From: Pristiophorus japonicus
Taxonomy: Eukaryota
Direction: 5' to 3'
Assembly (NCBI RefSeq): GCF_044704955.1
Contig: NC_091990.1
Coordinates: forward strand, 176,886,001 to 176,950,000
Length of the DNA stretch: 64,000 nt
Under the pieces are notes generated by a model, which ran no database searches, was not told the origin of the DNA, and saw only the letters and a program-made list of their open reading frames with translations. The translations under genes were made by a program, and so were the position numbers. Shown here piece after piece: positions 1 through 12,248 of the stretch; within the stretch, counting starts at the first letter, position 1; every line of letters starts with the position of its first letter.

Positions 1-2631
1 GTTTCTGGGCAGGAGGGTTGCTGCAGATGGGATTCGGCCCACCGAATCCAAAACAGAGGCGATTCGACGAGCACCCAGGCCCTGCAACACATCAGAGCTG
101 CGTTCATTCCTGGGACTGTTGAACTATTTTGGGAACTTTCTGCCAAACTTGAGCAGATTTTTGGAGCCGCTACACGTGCTCCTGCATAAGGGGTGCGATT
201 GGTTTTGGGGGGACTGTCAGGAACAGGCTTTCGATCGGGCATGAAACCTACTGTGTTCTAACAAGCTATTGACCCTGTACGACCCCTGTAAAAGTTTAGT
301 TCTGTCATGTGATGCATCGTCCTAAGGGGTTGGGTGCGTGTTGCAGCAGGGTAATTTTTTTTTTTTTTTTTGAAATTCGTAGCCAATCGTTCCAATTCTT
401 TGTCAAATCACAAACGCCAGAGGTCACCTTGGGCCCATTCAAGGATCACTCTGCGCCAATGTTCTTAGCCAAAAGGCCTAGAGCCACTGCACCATTCCTG
501 GAAGTACTGCAATACCAGGTTCGTGCCATGGAGGTGGATGGGTCAGGTCCCCCACACACCTCCGTGGACCCCTGTAAAAGTTTAGTTCTGTCATGTGATG
601 CATCGTCCTAAGGGGTTGGGTGCGTGTTGCAGCAGGGTAATGCTGAGGGTCAGCTACAACCTGTGGCTTATGCCTCCAGGTCGCTCTCTCAAGCAGAACG
701 GTGTTATGGGATGGTTGAGAAGGAAGCGCTTGCATGTGTCTATGGTGTAAAAAAAAATGCATCAGTATCTCTTTGGTAGAAAGTTTGAACTGGAAACAGA
801 CCATAAACCACTCACATCCCTGTTGTCAGACAGCAAGCCTGTCAATGCCAACGCATCAGCTCGCATACAGCGATGGGCTCTCACGCTGGCTGCCTATGAC
901 TACTCCATCCGGCACAGGCCCGGCACTGAAAATTGCGCTAACGCGCTCAGCAGGCTTTCACTGGCCACCACTGAGGGAGCAGCTGAGCAAAGCGCTGAGA
1001 TGGTCATGGTTGTTGATGCCTTCGACAGTGCAGGCTCCCCCATCACAGCCCGCCAGATCAAAATCTGGACAAACTATCCCTGATTGAGAAATGTGTCTTG
1101 ACTGGTGATTGGGCGTCCGCACACGGAGCGTGCCCTGAGGAGGTCAGACCGTTCCACAGGCGGATGGATGAGCACTCCATTCAAGCCGATTGCCTACTAT
1201 GGGGCAGCCGGGTAGTTATGCCCCAGAAGGGCAGGGAAGTGTTCATCAGGGAACTCCACAGCGAGCACCCAGGCATTGTGATGATGAAGGCCATTGCCCG
1301 GTCACACGCTTGGTGACCGGAATTGACTCAGACCTGGAACAATGTGTTCGCAGGTGCATGACATGTGCCCAGCTCGGTAATGCCCCCAGGGAGGCCCCGC
1401 TCAGCCCGTGGCCCTGGCCCACTAAGCCATGGTCACGCATTCACGCTGACTACGCGGGCCCGTTCATGGGAAAAATGTTCCTTATCGTTGTAGATGCGTA
1501 CTCGAAATGGATCAAGTGCATCATCCTGAATTCATGCACGTCATCCACCACCGTGGAAAGCCTATGTGCGATCTTCGCAACCCATGGCTTGCCAGACATC
1601 CTGGTTAGTGACAATGGCCCGTGTTTCACGAGTTATGAATTCCGGGAGTTTATATCAGGCAATGGCATCAACCATGTCAGGACTGCGAGTTCAAGCCGGC
1701 CTCCAATGACCAGGCGGAACGTGCGGTCCAAATCGTTAAGCAAGGGATGCTTAGGATTCAAGGACCCTTCCTACAATGCCACCTATCGCGCCTCCTGCTG
1801 GCCTACAGATCCCGCCCGCACTTGCTCACGGGGGTCCCGCCCACAGAGCTACTAATGAAACGGACGCTCAAGACTCGGTTGTCCCTCTTCATCCAGTCCT
1901 GACTGACATAGTTGAGGGCAAGCGCAAGTCACAAAACGAGCACCATGATCGTAATTCGAGGGGGAGATGTATAGAAGTAAATGATCCTGTATTCGTCCTC
2001 AATCACGCAATGGGGCCCAAATGGCTCGAGGGTACCGTAATAGACAAAGAAGGGAATAGAATCATTGTGGTAAAACTTAACAATGGCCAGATATGCCATA
2101 AGCATCTGGACCAAGTAAAGAAACGGTTCAGCAATGACGCGCAGGAACCTGAAGAAGACCATGAGATGGAGCTCACAACACCGCCAGTGAACGAGCAACA
2201 AGAGCAATCAGAACAATGTACAGTCCCTGCGGTCAGCCCGGACAGGCCGGAATCACCACAGGTGACAGACACTCTCGTCAGTGTTCAACAACCAGAGCCC
2301 CAACTGCGGCGCTCCACGAGGGAGCATAGACCACCTGAAAGACTGAACCTTTGATCCCTATAAGACTTTGCGGGGGGGAAGGTGATGTCCTGTTTGTAAC
2401 TACAATGTAACACCACTGCATTACTGTATGCACTCAACTAAGATGCACACTTTGACCACAGGGGGTGAACTTGTGGGAGACACTCCTTACCTGATCACTC
2501 AGGTATATAAAGGGAGGTCCCACGCAGGGTCATCACTTCTGAAGTACTGAATAAAGAGTTCAGGTCATGCAGTGGCCTTGTCCCTGGAATGTGCCTCGTG
2601 TGGTTTCATGCAGTAGAGTAAGGACTTTACA
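1..2631 (+). mobile_element. Gypsy/Ty3 LTR retrotransposon A (K02A2.6-like), 3' part: RT end, RNase H, integrase, PPT, 3' LTR (2386-2631); decayed
   Basis: Frameshifted ORFs carry FELETDHKPL, ELHSEHPG..CMTC, RIHADYAGPF and LVSDNGPCFTS. PPT gggggggaagg at ~2372-2382. LTR runs tgtcc..ctttaca with TATA and AATAAA. Confidence 0.95.
356..566 (-). mobile_element. U2 snRNA-derived poly(A)-tailed retroposed insertion (SINE or LINE 3' end) with 75-bp target-site duplication
   Basis: Minus strand reads ACCTGGTATTGCAGTACTTCCAGGAATGGTGCA (U2 3' stem-loop IV), then GGCCTTTTGGCTAAGA (U2 5' stem-loop I), a hairpin and an A16-17 tail. 281-355 is identical to 567-641. Confidence 0.85.
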
Positions 2632-2699
2632 GTGACAACCAAATCCAGATTTTTGTGTCTTTCTTTGAGAGAAAAGGGTGTGTTTGCCCCGATCAGAAC

Positions 2700-3178
2700 T
2701 AGAATCCTTGAACAAGAACAAGATTCCTAGTATGGATAATATAATTGGAGAGTTGTTCCGGGCGGATGAGGGACATACAGTGAAAGTGATGCAAAGGTTG
2801 TTTAACAAAATTTATTATTAAGAGCAAGTATCTGAAGACTGGGGAAAGGTGATAATACCAAAGTAGGCAAGGACATAAGAATGAATGCAGCAATTACAGA
2901 GGAATCAGCTTACCGACTATACCCAGGAAAGTATTTACTATAAGCACTGCAGATGAGAATGAAAAACTACCTAGAGGTGGCACTACATGAAGAACAAACT
3001 GGTTTTAGACCAGGATGAAGCTCAACAGATCAACTGTGATGACAAAATTTGGAGACATTTATGGATCACAACATCCATTGTTACAACAACTTCATAGATT
3101 TTAAGCAGACCATTGTCAGTGTATGGCGATAAGAGATATGGCATGTCTTGAGCATGTATAGTCAAACTGATAGAAAAC
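2700..3178 (+). mobile_element. Old RTE-like LINE ORF2 fragment, left half (interrupted by Gypsy B)
   Basis: Degenerate translation NKNKIPSMDNIIGELF, CSNYRGISL, EEQTGFRPG; continues after 17770. Confidence 0.7.
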
Positions 3179-3190
3179 TGTCATGTATGC

Positions 3191-3593
3191 TGTTAGTGAA
3201 ATAATTTATTTACCGGAATACGGAGTAAGCTTTGCGAATCATAAACGGTTTATTAAACAGAGCGCTCTGGGAGAGACGCCGTGAACTCCGCAGTCACAGC
3301 AGCCGACTTCTCGTTTAAGCAGAGCGGAGCAGAATCATTTTATACATTGAAGTAAACAAGTATAGAAAATCTCGTTATTGTACAGAAAATCTCATTATTG
3401 ATAAGAAATCACCTGACCCATGAGTCATATCACCGCCTTGTCTGTCTACATGACGTCTGTATATGATTATACGGTTAAATGGTTTATGCTAGAGTGTGAC
3501 CTTATCCCTAGTTGTGCAACTGGGGATTTTCCACACCCCTGCTGCCAAGCTGCCACACATCCGATCTCCCAGCAAGCTCTATTTACTCCAACA
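3191..3593 (-). repeat. ERV-1 3' LTR
   Basis: Direct repeat of 10478-10876, adjacent to the PPT; AATAAA on the minus strand. Confidence 0.95.
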
Positions 3594-3836
3594 GTCCCTC
3601 CTGTGGTTCATGGGGACAGGAGGAAGCTCCCACCCCTCTGAACCATTTTGCCCTGGACCCTTCTGCTGATGTAGTTCCTCTCACCACCTCTTCTGGTGTT
3701 TTGCTTGATGTTCAGCATGTATGGGGTTCGCCAATCCTGCGATCCCCTGCTCTCAGGCTGTGGTGGTCCTACAGCCAAATTCCTTTCTTGTGAGTGTTAG
3801 CAATGTTGGAGTAACGGGATCCGGCTGGATCACTCG

Positions 3837-5135
3837 TTAATATTCAGCGGCTGGAACTATCATTTCTCCCATTCTGGCACAACAGCACTTTACCAGCATA
3901 ACCAAGAGTTACAGCACTATTATGACAATAACAATTGTAACAAATCCCTGCATCAGGGTGGTTCCAATTGATCCCAACCAGCCGGTCGTCCATCCCCACA
4001 AGGAGGAATCCGGCGTTTGTCGAGCCTTTGCTGCCTCTGTTTGGATGTGGTTAGCTAAATCGTGGGTAGTCTCCGAGCTATCTGGGATGTAAGTGCAACA
4101 CTCTCTTCCAATTATCGCACATGTGCCTCCCTTCTCGGCTAAGTTAAAGTCTAGGGCCATCTTGTTTTGTAAAACCATTGTGCGTATTGCCACGGTTTCG
4201 GTGCTTATGCCTTCCAGCGCTTCAGCCGTATCATTGGCAACCTCTTTGAGTAGGGAGGCCAGGAGTTTTATTTCGTTTATTGCTTGGGCAACACCATAGG
4301 AGGGTGCTATGATAGCAAAGAATCGGGCGGTCTCACTTATATCTCTTTTTGCCAAATGAGGGTGTTGTGTCAAAGACCTCAGATGATGTACGTATGGGAC
4401 CACGTAAGCCAGGTAGCAAGACCCGGTCCGCTTCAGTGGTAGCCAGGGGTACGCCTTATGGCCACAGACAAAGTATGTCCCATTATATGGGCTGTATCGT
4501 GTTACCACCTCAGGGGCCCATGCGTCAGTCAGGTTGCTACCATCCGTAAGGTTCTGGAATATTATGCGACTATTATCAGCGTCATCAGTTACGTTAAAAT
4601 ACTGGGAGCCCTTACTACGCCCCATTGTTTGCCCTCCAGTATGGTTTCTAATGAAACAAACCGACCCGTGTGGTTTCCCCTATTCCTGAGGTATTAGTAA
4701 GAACCAGGAACGGGGGCTGACAACTTGTATTGTACTTGGGCTGGTACCATCCTGTGAAGGTTTTTAATGGGTGGCCTGCTTGTTTCCATTCTGCCGCACT
4801 TCCCTTCATACTAACTATATACCTTCCACCCCAGGTGGCTAGACTTCCTTCTCTTGTCTCATCCACGGAGGAGGCGTTCTGGTTGATGTACCATTCCGTC
4901 ACCTCCGACAGGTTGAGCGGTACGGGCCTCAGCGGAATACCTCCGTTAGCGTGAATTGGGACATATGCGCATACCAGCAGTTTGACAAATTTTTAGCTTT
5001 AGCATGCGTTTATGACATATACAAGAACATGTTAACATGTAATTCCCGTTTTCTCCGGAGGGCCGTACCTTTTCCCCATTGGCTAACGCCGAGGAAGCAA
5101 AACACAGATAAAGTGGACAGCACTTTCATTCTCAT
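3837..5135 (-). pseudogene. env: ERV-1 env (gamma-type, ~430 codons; stops and frameshifts)
   Basis: Signal MRMKVLSTLSVFCFLGV, RRKR, CW(V)C, HLAKR cleavage site, LQNKMALDFNLAEKGGTCAIIGRECC, TM anchor, KCCC tail. Confidence 0.93.
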
Positions 5136-5245
5136 TGTTACTTATTACTCTACACTTTAACAATCTCCCAAACCTGCGTGTAACTTGTTTATAGAAGATG
5201 TGTCAGGGCCTTCCTGTCAATGGTAATAACGAGGTTTGTTAAATA

Positions 5246-8200
5246 TTAGGGCCCATATACTTTAAGCTGGGACCAATGTTTCCATTGTCCCTTTCCCTTA
5301 ATGTCCACACAAGCACAAGTATCACTGCTAAGCATGACCTCATAGGGTCCTATCCATTTCGGGGCGAAGCCCGGTTTTCCCGGTATGATCTTGACCATTA
5401 CCCTTGTCTCCGCCGGGGGTACTTCAGGGAGAGTGGTCAACTTAAGGTTATCATCTCTTTCCTTTTGGTCAGAACGAACCGTTTTCCTCATATCTGCCAA
5501 TTGCTGACTCAATTCGATGAGGTAGGTTCGCATTCTATTTTTCAATGGGCCCACCTCCCGTGGCGATGCCCTCGGGCAGCAACATTGCCCGTCCGGTCAT
5601 CAGTTCATACGGGATAAATCCGGTAGTGCGATTGGGGGTCGCTCTTAATTTCATTAGGATTATAGGCAACACATCTACCTAGGTTTGTCCAGTGTCCCAG
5701 ATGGCCTTCCCCAGAGCCATTCGTTCTACCATACCCGAGCTCTGAGGATGGTAGGGAATGTGGAGCCTTTGTCTGATTCCCAATAATTTGCAGACCATTT
5801 TCATTACTGATCCTGTAAAGTGTGTGCCCAGGTCCGAATCTATTTGCAATGGTACCCCCCATCACGGAATTACCTCCTCCGCCAAGATTTGTGCCACGGT
5901 AGTTGCCGTGCAGTTTCTCGTTGGAAAGGCTTCTACCCAACGGGTGAATTGGTCTATCACCACCAAGCAGTATTGTTTTCCCCGGGAAGCTGGGAAGGGC
6001 CCAGTGAAGCCTATCTGGACGTTATCCCAAGGTCCCCGCGGGCGTGGCTGATGTGCCATCCGGACCTGTACCGGTTTTCCACTATTGTGCTGTGCGCATA
6101 TAATACATCTATGGTAATATCGGCTGACGTCCGGCCTCAATCCCGGCCACCACCAGTCTTTCATAATCGCAATTGCCATTGGGACTCGTGCGGTATGGCT
6201 CGCGCCATGGTGTAATTCCATTAACATCTGCCTTATGCAGGACGGTGCTACTACTCTCCCGTCTTTCCTCCACACATGGTCCGCTTCCATTTTTGCTCCC
6301 TTCTGTGCCCGTTCCCCTTTCTCGGCGGCGGGGATGTCCTTTATACATCCTTTATTTATCCTTTCCTGTTCTACTCTTGCGGCCGCCACTTGTTCCACCC
6401 GTTCCGACTCTAAGGCCGTCTGTGCGGCCTTGTCAGCCGCTTGGTTACCCTCCTGTTCTTTCGTCTTAACCTTTTGGTGTGCCTTAATCTTTATAACTGC
6501 TGCCTGTGTCGGTTTACTTGAGGCTTCTAATAGGTTCCTAACTCTTACTTGATGCTTAACGGGCTCTCCCCCTGTGGTGATAAAGCCTCTGCGTCCCCAT
6601 GCGGTCATATAGTCATGCACTACCCCAAATGCATACCGACTGTCCATATAAATGTTTACGGTTTTTCCTTCTGCTTCAATGCTTCCGTGAGGGCCACCAA
6701 TTCGGCTACCTGAGCCGACAGGCTCCCATTTATTCATCCCGACCTCTCAACGTCTAAATGCTCGTTCACCACAACCCACCCAGTCCGCGGGGCCCCATCT
6801 ATATATGTATGTGATCCATCTACGTAGAAGGTGAGCTGCAGGTCCTCCAACGGTACATCCTTCAGCCTTCCCATGTTCACTTCCTCATCCACTTCCTCAC
6901 ATTCATGGGGACTACCTTCCCCCATCATCCCCTCTGCTGGATTCTCCCCCGTGTCTCTGATTATCTTGACTGACTGATCGGCGGGTAGTAACACTGCCTC
7001 CCACCTTGCCCGGCGCATGTTAGAGACGGACCTCAGCCTTCCAGTGTTTAACATTTCCACAATGGTATGTTTGGTATGTAGGATAATATCTCCTGTCATT
7101 ACCACTGGTTCACTGACATTTAGTGCCCATGCAGCACAGTCCAAGATGGCTACACATCGCGATAGTCCCTCTTCTACCAGCGACATTTTTGTAGAGTAAT
7201 ATGCCACCGGCCTCTTTCTATCCCCATGATCTTGTGCCACTACTGCTGTGTAAAATCCTGCATGATTGTTACAGAATATATGGAATCCCAGTCCGGGTGC
7301 TGTAATGAGGGCCCGTTTTAACTCCATATAGGCTTCCTGTTGTTTCGGGACCCATTCTACCTCCGACTTGGCCAGAGGGGAGCCCCTCACTAATGCCTGT
7401 ATAGGTTCGACTATTTCTGCAAAATTAGGAATAAAGCTCCGGCTGTAATTAAAAAGACCCAGGACCTTCCTCACCCCCCTTACGGAGACCGGACGAGACA
7501 TTCGTTCTATGGCACTCCGCCGGTCTCCGGGCATGGTTCGTTGTCCCTGCGACAACTGTTGTCCGAGGTACGTGACCTGGGCCAACCTTATCTGTGTTTT
7601 CTGTGGATTTCCCTTAAACCCGCCCTCCAGCAGTGCTTGCAATACCACGACCAGCGCAGTGGCGTGCCCCCTTTCATCCTCTGAAGCGATTAGGAGGTCG
7701 TTTACATATTGTAAAACCGTACTGTGGTACGGTGTCAGGTCTACTTTTTCTAATAATGCGCTCATGGCCCGGTGGAAGATGGCTGGACTATTGTGAAATC
7801 CCTGTGGGAGTCTTGTCCAGTTATATTGCTTGGCCCCGACTGTGAAGGCGAATTTGTCCTGAGGCGTCCAGTCGAGGGGGATAGACCAGAATCCATTTGC
7901 TATATCTAAAACCGTAAAAACCTTATGAGTGGGGCTGAGCCGGTTAAATATTGTGGCTGGGTTGGCCACAATTGGGTGTACCTTCGAGGTGACTTTATTT
8001 AGGGCCGTGTAGTCGATCGTAAGGCGGTAAGACCCGTCTGGTTTAGACACTGGCCACACAGGGGAATTAGTAGTGGTTTCAGCGTGTCTCACTATTCCTC
8101 TTTTCTGCAGCTCCTTAACTATTTCTTTAACCGCCTGTGCTGCTTCCGTTTTAATGGGGTACTGTCTGTGGGCGGTGTGGGCTGGTCCCTCGACTGTAAT

Positions 8201-8721
8201 GGCCGGCATAACCACCTCTCCGCATCTTGCTTGTCCTTGGCCCAAACTGCAGACAAGGCACTACATACCGCTCGATAGATTCCCTTAATCTTTGTCCAAT
8301 CTTGTGCCAAAACTTGCACACTTCCTACCTTGGCCGTATGGCGGGTATATTTAGTGAGATGTGTCCTGGCCCCATTTGCTTCCGGCCAGTGCAATTTAGA
8401 CTGTCGGGCATCTATCAAGAGGTTGAGGTCCCTCATGAGGTCGAGCCCCATGATGGTACCCTCGTTATTTTTACACACATAGAACTGTGCAGGTATCATT
8501 TTCCCATCTATTTCTACCACCTGCACTGTGCTTTTGTACGCGTGGACTCGTTCTCCTCCTAAGCCCACTTTCACTATTTTATCCTTGGTTAACGGGAGGG
8601 GTATGTTGGTAAAAGAGACCGAGCATCCTGTGTCCACTAACATTTCACACTGTCTGCCTCCTATTAGTGCAGACACATACATTCGTTCATCTGACCCTCC
8701 TTCCCCGGGGACCGCAGACCG
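5246..8721 (-). pseudogene. pol: ERV-1 pro-pol (PR, RT, RNase H, IN with GPY/F), frameshifted
   Basis: LVDTGCS; LPQGFHNSP; YVND (mutated YVDD); YVDGS and YMDSRYAF; HHCC; PKWIGPYEV. Confidence 0.95.
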
Positions 8722-10083
8722 TCAATAGCTGCTCCCTGACTTCTTGAGGAATTCCAGGTATTTGCGGTACTCGTTGCTACCTATTTGTTGTTCGAGAGTC
8801 CCAGGGGCCGATGTTTTACTGGCCTCGGCCTGTCCCGCCCAACATTTCTCCGCTAGGTGTCCCACCTTTCCACAATTCTTGCAGACAGGTTTCGGGACTT
8901 TACAGGCCTTTGCCATGTGCCCGGCCTTACCACAATTAAAACAGGTTCGGGGTCGGGTACCCTGCGCCTGTCCTGTCGCCCCTCTCTCTTGTTTTGTAGT
9001 TGGGCCCCCATGTTCTCGCTTTGCCTCTTGGGCATCTACGTTACGAGCCCACCATACTACATCATCATAGGTGGCGGCGACAACCACCCCCATTTTCAAA
9101 ACCTTTTGGTGTTCGGATGATAATCCCTCCTTAAACATTTGGACAAAGGCTGGGTCATTCATTGCGGCATTTGGCTGTCCTGATGATTTCTCATAGGCGG
9201 CGAACAGTCGTTCCTCGTATTCTGACACCCCCTCTCCCTTTTTATCTGTTTGTATGTCATAATTTTTCCCCAATTAGTGGGAGCTGCCCCGAGGACGGTT
9301 TGTACGGAGGCCTTAAAGGCAGCAAAAGGTGCCCGTTGGGCAGCTCTGTCTGACGCCAGGACAACATTCGAGGCCCAAGTCCCGTCCCGATAATTTGCAT
9401 TAGCCTGGGCTCTCCACCGATCCTTCGGGCACTTGGCCCTGACCAGTTGATCGATGTCCCTGGGATGTAAGTCATGTACATCCCAGGTCTCGTCAAGGGC
9501 CTTCCAAAATTCTATGTTGTTACTCCTTGGTTTCAGAGACCCAAGGTCCTTCAGGATGGTTTGTTTCTCTAATGGCGTAAACGCGGCATATTTTGCAGTT
9601 GGGTTTGCCGCAGTTCCCCCCCCCCCCCCCTTCTCACTGGAGCTGCTTTTATTTCCGTGACGCCGTCACCCCTTCACCATTCTGACCCTCCATTTCGGGA
9701 AGGATCCGACGCCACGGGATATATTGGCGCATATGGGGCCGGTATTTCTCGTCCGAACATTTCTCCTGATGCACATGACCTATTTGGTGTACTGGTTATA
9801 TTTTCCAATTGTTTCTCTAATTCTCTGATTCTTTTTGTTTTATATCTATCGTTTTCTTCTGCTATTTCCTGTAACCGTATATATGCTTGGGCCAACATTA
9901 TCCCCGCCTTTTTTGTTCTTTGTTTTTCTGTTTTTCCCACCAGTCCCATTGCGCCGGCAGCAGTTTGGACGGGTCCCACCCGTCCCGATTCATTTTCTCT
10001 CTCACTGTCTTTCTTTCCTCCATAAACCATCTGGTCAAGGATCCTGATGGCCCCGAACTAAATGTAGAGTCCTTACCTGCCAT
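8722..10083 (-). pseudogene. gag: ERV-1 gag with two CCHC zinc knuckles, frameshifted
   Basis: Starts MAGKDST; contains [14 protein letters not shown] and [14 protein letters not shown]; ends in TGA in frame with the protease. Confidence 0.88.
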
Positions 10084-10456
10084 CGTAGTACGTCTACACT
10101 TATGTCCTAGTGGGTCCCGCTTATCCAGCTGGGACGCCTACTATAATCCGTTGTCAGAGGTGCCTCACTTGTAAACCCACACTTTCCGGGTCTCTCAGTG
10201 GTGTCTCACTTGCGACTAATACGTGGCATATCACGGACCTATTTAACGTTTAGTCTTCTGTAAATAAGAAACAATAGTTACGGAACCGCGGGTCGCGACC
10301 TATATAAGCCGTTTAAGTCACAAACCCACTCCCTTAGTTCGTTGGATCCGTCCGAGTGACCTATTCACCAGTCCCACGGTGTCAATCTATGGACGGTCAG
10401 AAATGTGACTCCTCGCCCGGTACCGCGGGCCTAGGTAGAGAGAGTCCTCGACACGG

Positions 10457-10474
10457 ATCCTGCCGACTATGCCA
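10457..10474 (-). other. ERV-1 primer binding site, tRNA-Ser(AGA/TGA)
   Basis: TGGCATAGTCGGCAGGAT, a 17/18 match to the complement of the vertebrate tRNA-Ser 3' end as I recall it. Confidence 0.88.
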
Positions 10475-10477
10475 AAT

Positions 10478-10876
10478 TGTTAGTGAAATAATTTATTCAC
10501 CGGAATACGGAGTGAGTTTTGTGAATCATAAATGGTTTATTAAACAGAGCGTTCTGGGAGCGACGCCGTGGACTCCGCAATCACAGCAGCCAACTTCTCG
10601 TTTAAGCAGAGCGGAGCAGAATCATTTATACATTGAAGTAAACAAGTATAGAAAATCTCGTTATTGTACAGAAAATCTTATTATTGATAAGAAATCACCT
10701 GACCCATGAGTCATATCATCGCCTTTGTCTACATGACGTCTGTATATGATTATACGGTTAAATGGTTTATGCTAGAGTGTGACCTCATCCCTAGTTGTGC
10801 AACTGGGGATTTTCCACCCCCCTGCTGCCAAGCTGCCACCCGTCCGATTTCCCAGCAAGCTCTATTTACTCCAACA
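10478..10876 (-). repeat. ERV-1 5' LTR
   Basis: Direct repeat of 3191-3593, followed on the minus strand by the PBS. Confidence 0.95.
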
Positions 10877-12248
10877 TATGCAAACTCTTTGTATTCACTA
10901 TGTAACTATGTACTATGTACCACCTGAGGGCGCTGCTGTTGGAGGCCCCAGGGGTTTCCTGCCCTGGTGTGCAGGGGTATATAAAAGGCAGCCAGCCATG
11001 CTGCCCCTCACTTTGCAGTCGTATTAAATGAACTGAAGTCACACAGCTCTTACTCACAGTACAAGGCCTCATGGAGTTATTCGATGGTAATTGCAGACAT
11101 AATAACTGGCGACGAGAATATGGACTTTCACACGATTATGGCTATCTTTGGCACACTAAAAGACTTCACAGACGGTGATGATTGGGATGCCTTCATGGAA
11201 AGGCTCGGGCAATATTTTGTGGCAAGCGACCTGGCAGGGGAGACCAACACATTAGCGGAGAAGCGCAAGGCTATACTGCTGACCAGTTGTGGGCCCGACG
11301 TCAGGGACTTGCTGGCACCCACGAAGGACAAGGATAAAACATACGATGAGCTGACTGAACTACTCCGCAATACCATACAGATGACTTCCTACAAGAATCG
11401 GAGCTCACTGGCAAGTAAAATAATGCCGATTGCAGGCAGAACTGTTGAACTAATAAGAATTGTACAGAGCAGAACCTACATGCCTGCTGCTGCTAGGCCG
11501 CCAAGGGGTGTAAATACAAAATCATTAACACAATGCTGGCGTTGCGGGAGTAATCATGGGCCCCATCAATGTAGATTTAAAGATTATGCGTGCAAAAGCT
11601 GCAGAACAAGGGGCCACCTCCAGCGAATATGCAAATGTACTGCGACTTACCACGGGGCAATGCAGTCGGCAGAAGAGTCCCGATCCAGCGTGGATCACAA
11701 AGGACATGCAAAGAGGCAACTCCGCCTGAGGGAGCGGGATGCACATCCGCTCCACAAAAAGTCCTCCCATGATGATAAATTAAATGGCGTTCCTGTATCC
11801 ATGGAGCCTGTTCATCACAAGGCTCGAGCAGTCCCCAACATGATGAGGGAGAAAGTGGAGATCGAATTGGACAGACTTCAACGTGAGGGAATCATATCGC
11901 CAGTCAAGTTCAACAAGTGGGCCAGCCCGATTGTTCCGGTACTAAAGAGCGATGGCACAGTCAGAATCTGCGGCGACTACAAAATAACGATCAACCGAGT
12001 CTCGTTACAGGACCAGTACCCACTACCCAAAGCCGATGACTTTTTCGCGACATTAGCAAGCGGAAAGGTGTTCACCAAGCTGGATCTAACCTCCGCTTAC
12101 ATGACCCAGGAGCTGGTTGAGTCGTCGAAAAAATGAACGTGCATTAACACGCACAAAGGACTGTTCGTGTACCACAGGTGCCCGTTCGGGATTCGCTCGG
12201 CTGCAGCCATATTCCAAAGAAATATGAAGAGCCTGTTGAAATTGGTTC

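Larger units (their letters stand above)
3191..10876 (-). mobile_element. Full-length endogenous retrovirus ERV-1 (LTR-gag-pro-pol-env-LTR), defective
   Basis: LTRs 3191-3593 and 10478-10876 (TG..CA, about 17 substitutions in ~400 bp); TSD TATGC (3186-3190 / 10877-10881); tRNA-Ser PBS; PPT AGGAGGGAC; RT + tether + RNase H + IN; env with ISD and CX6CC. Confidence 0.97.

Noticed and set aside
356-566. Functional U2 snRNA gene
   Set aside because: It lacks the branch-point recognition region and Sm site, the order is permuted, and it has a poly(A) tail and TSD.
8722-10083. Capture of ERV-1 gag as the cytoplasmic tail of the B7-H6-like gene, as in human NCR3LG1
   Set aside because: Same strand, but there is no TM exon or splice evidence and the gag is frameshifted.
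11084-12136. 350-aa gag-RT fusion ORF
   Set aside because: It results from internal deletions in Gypsy B; capsid and protease are largely missing.
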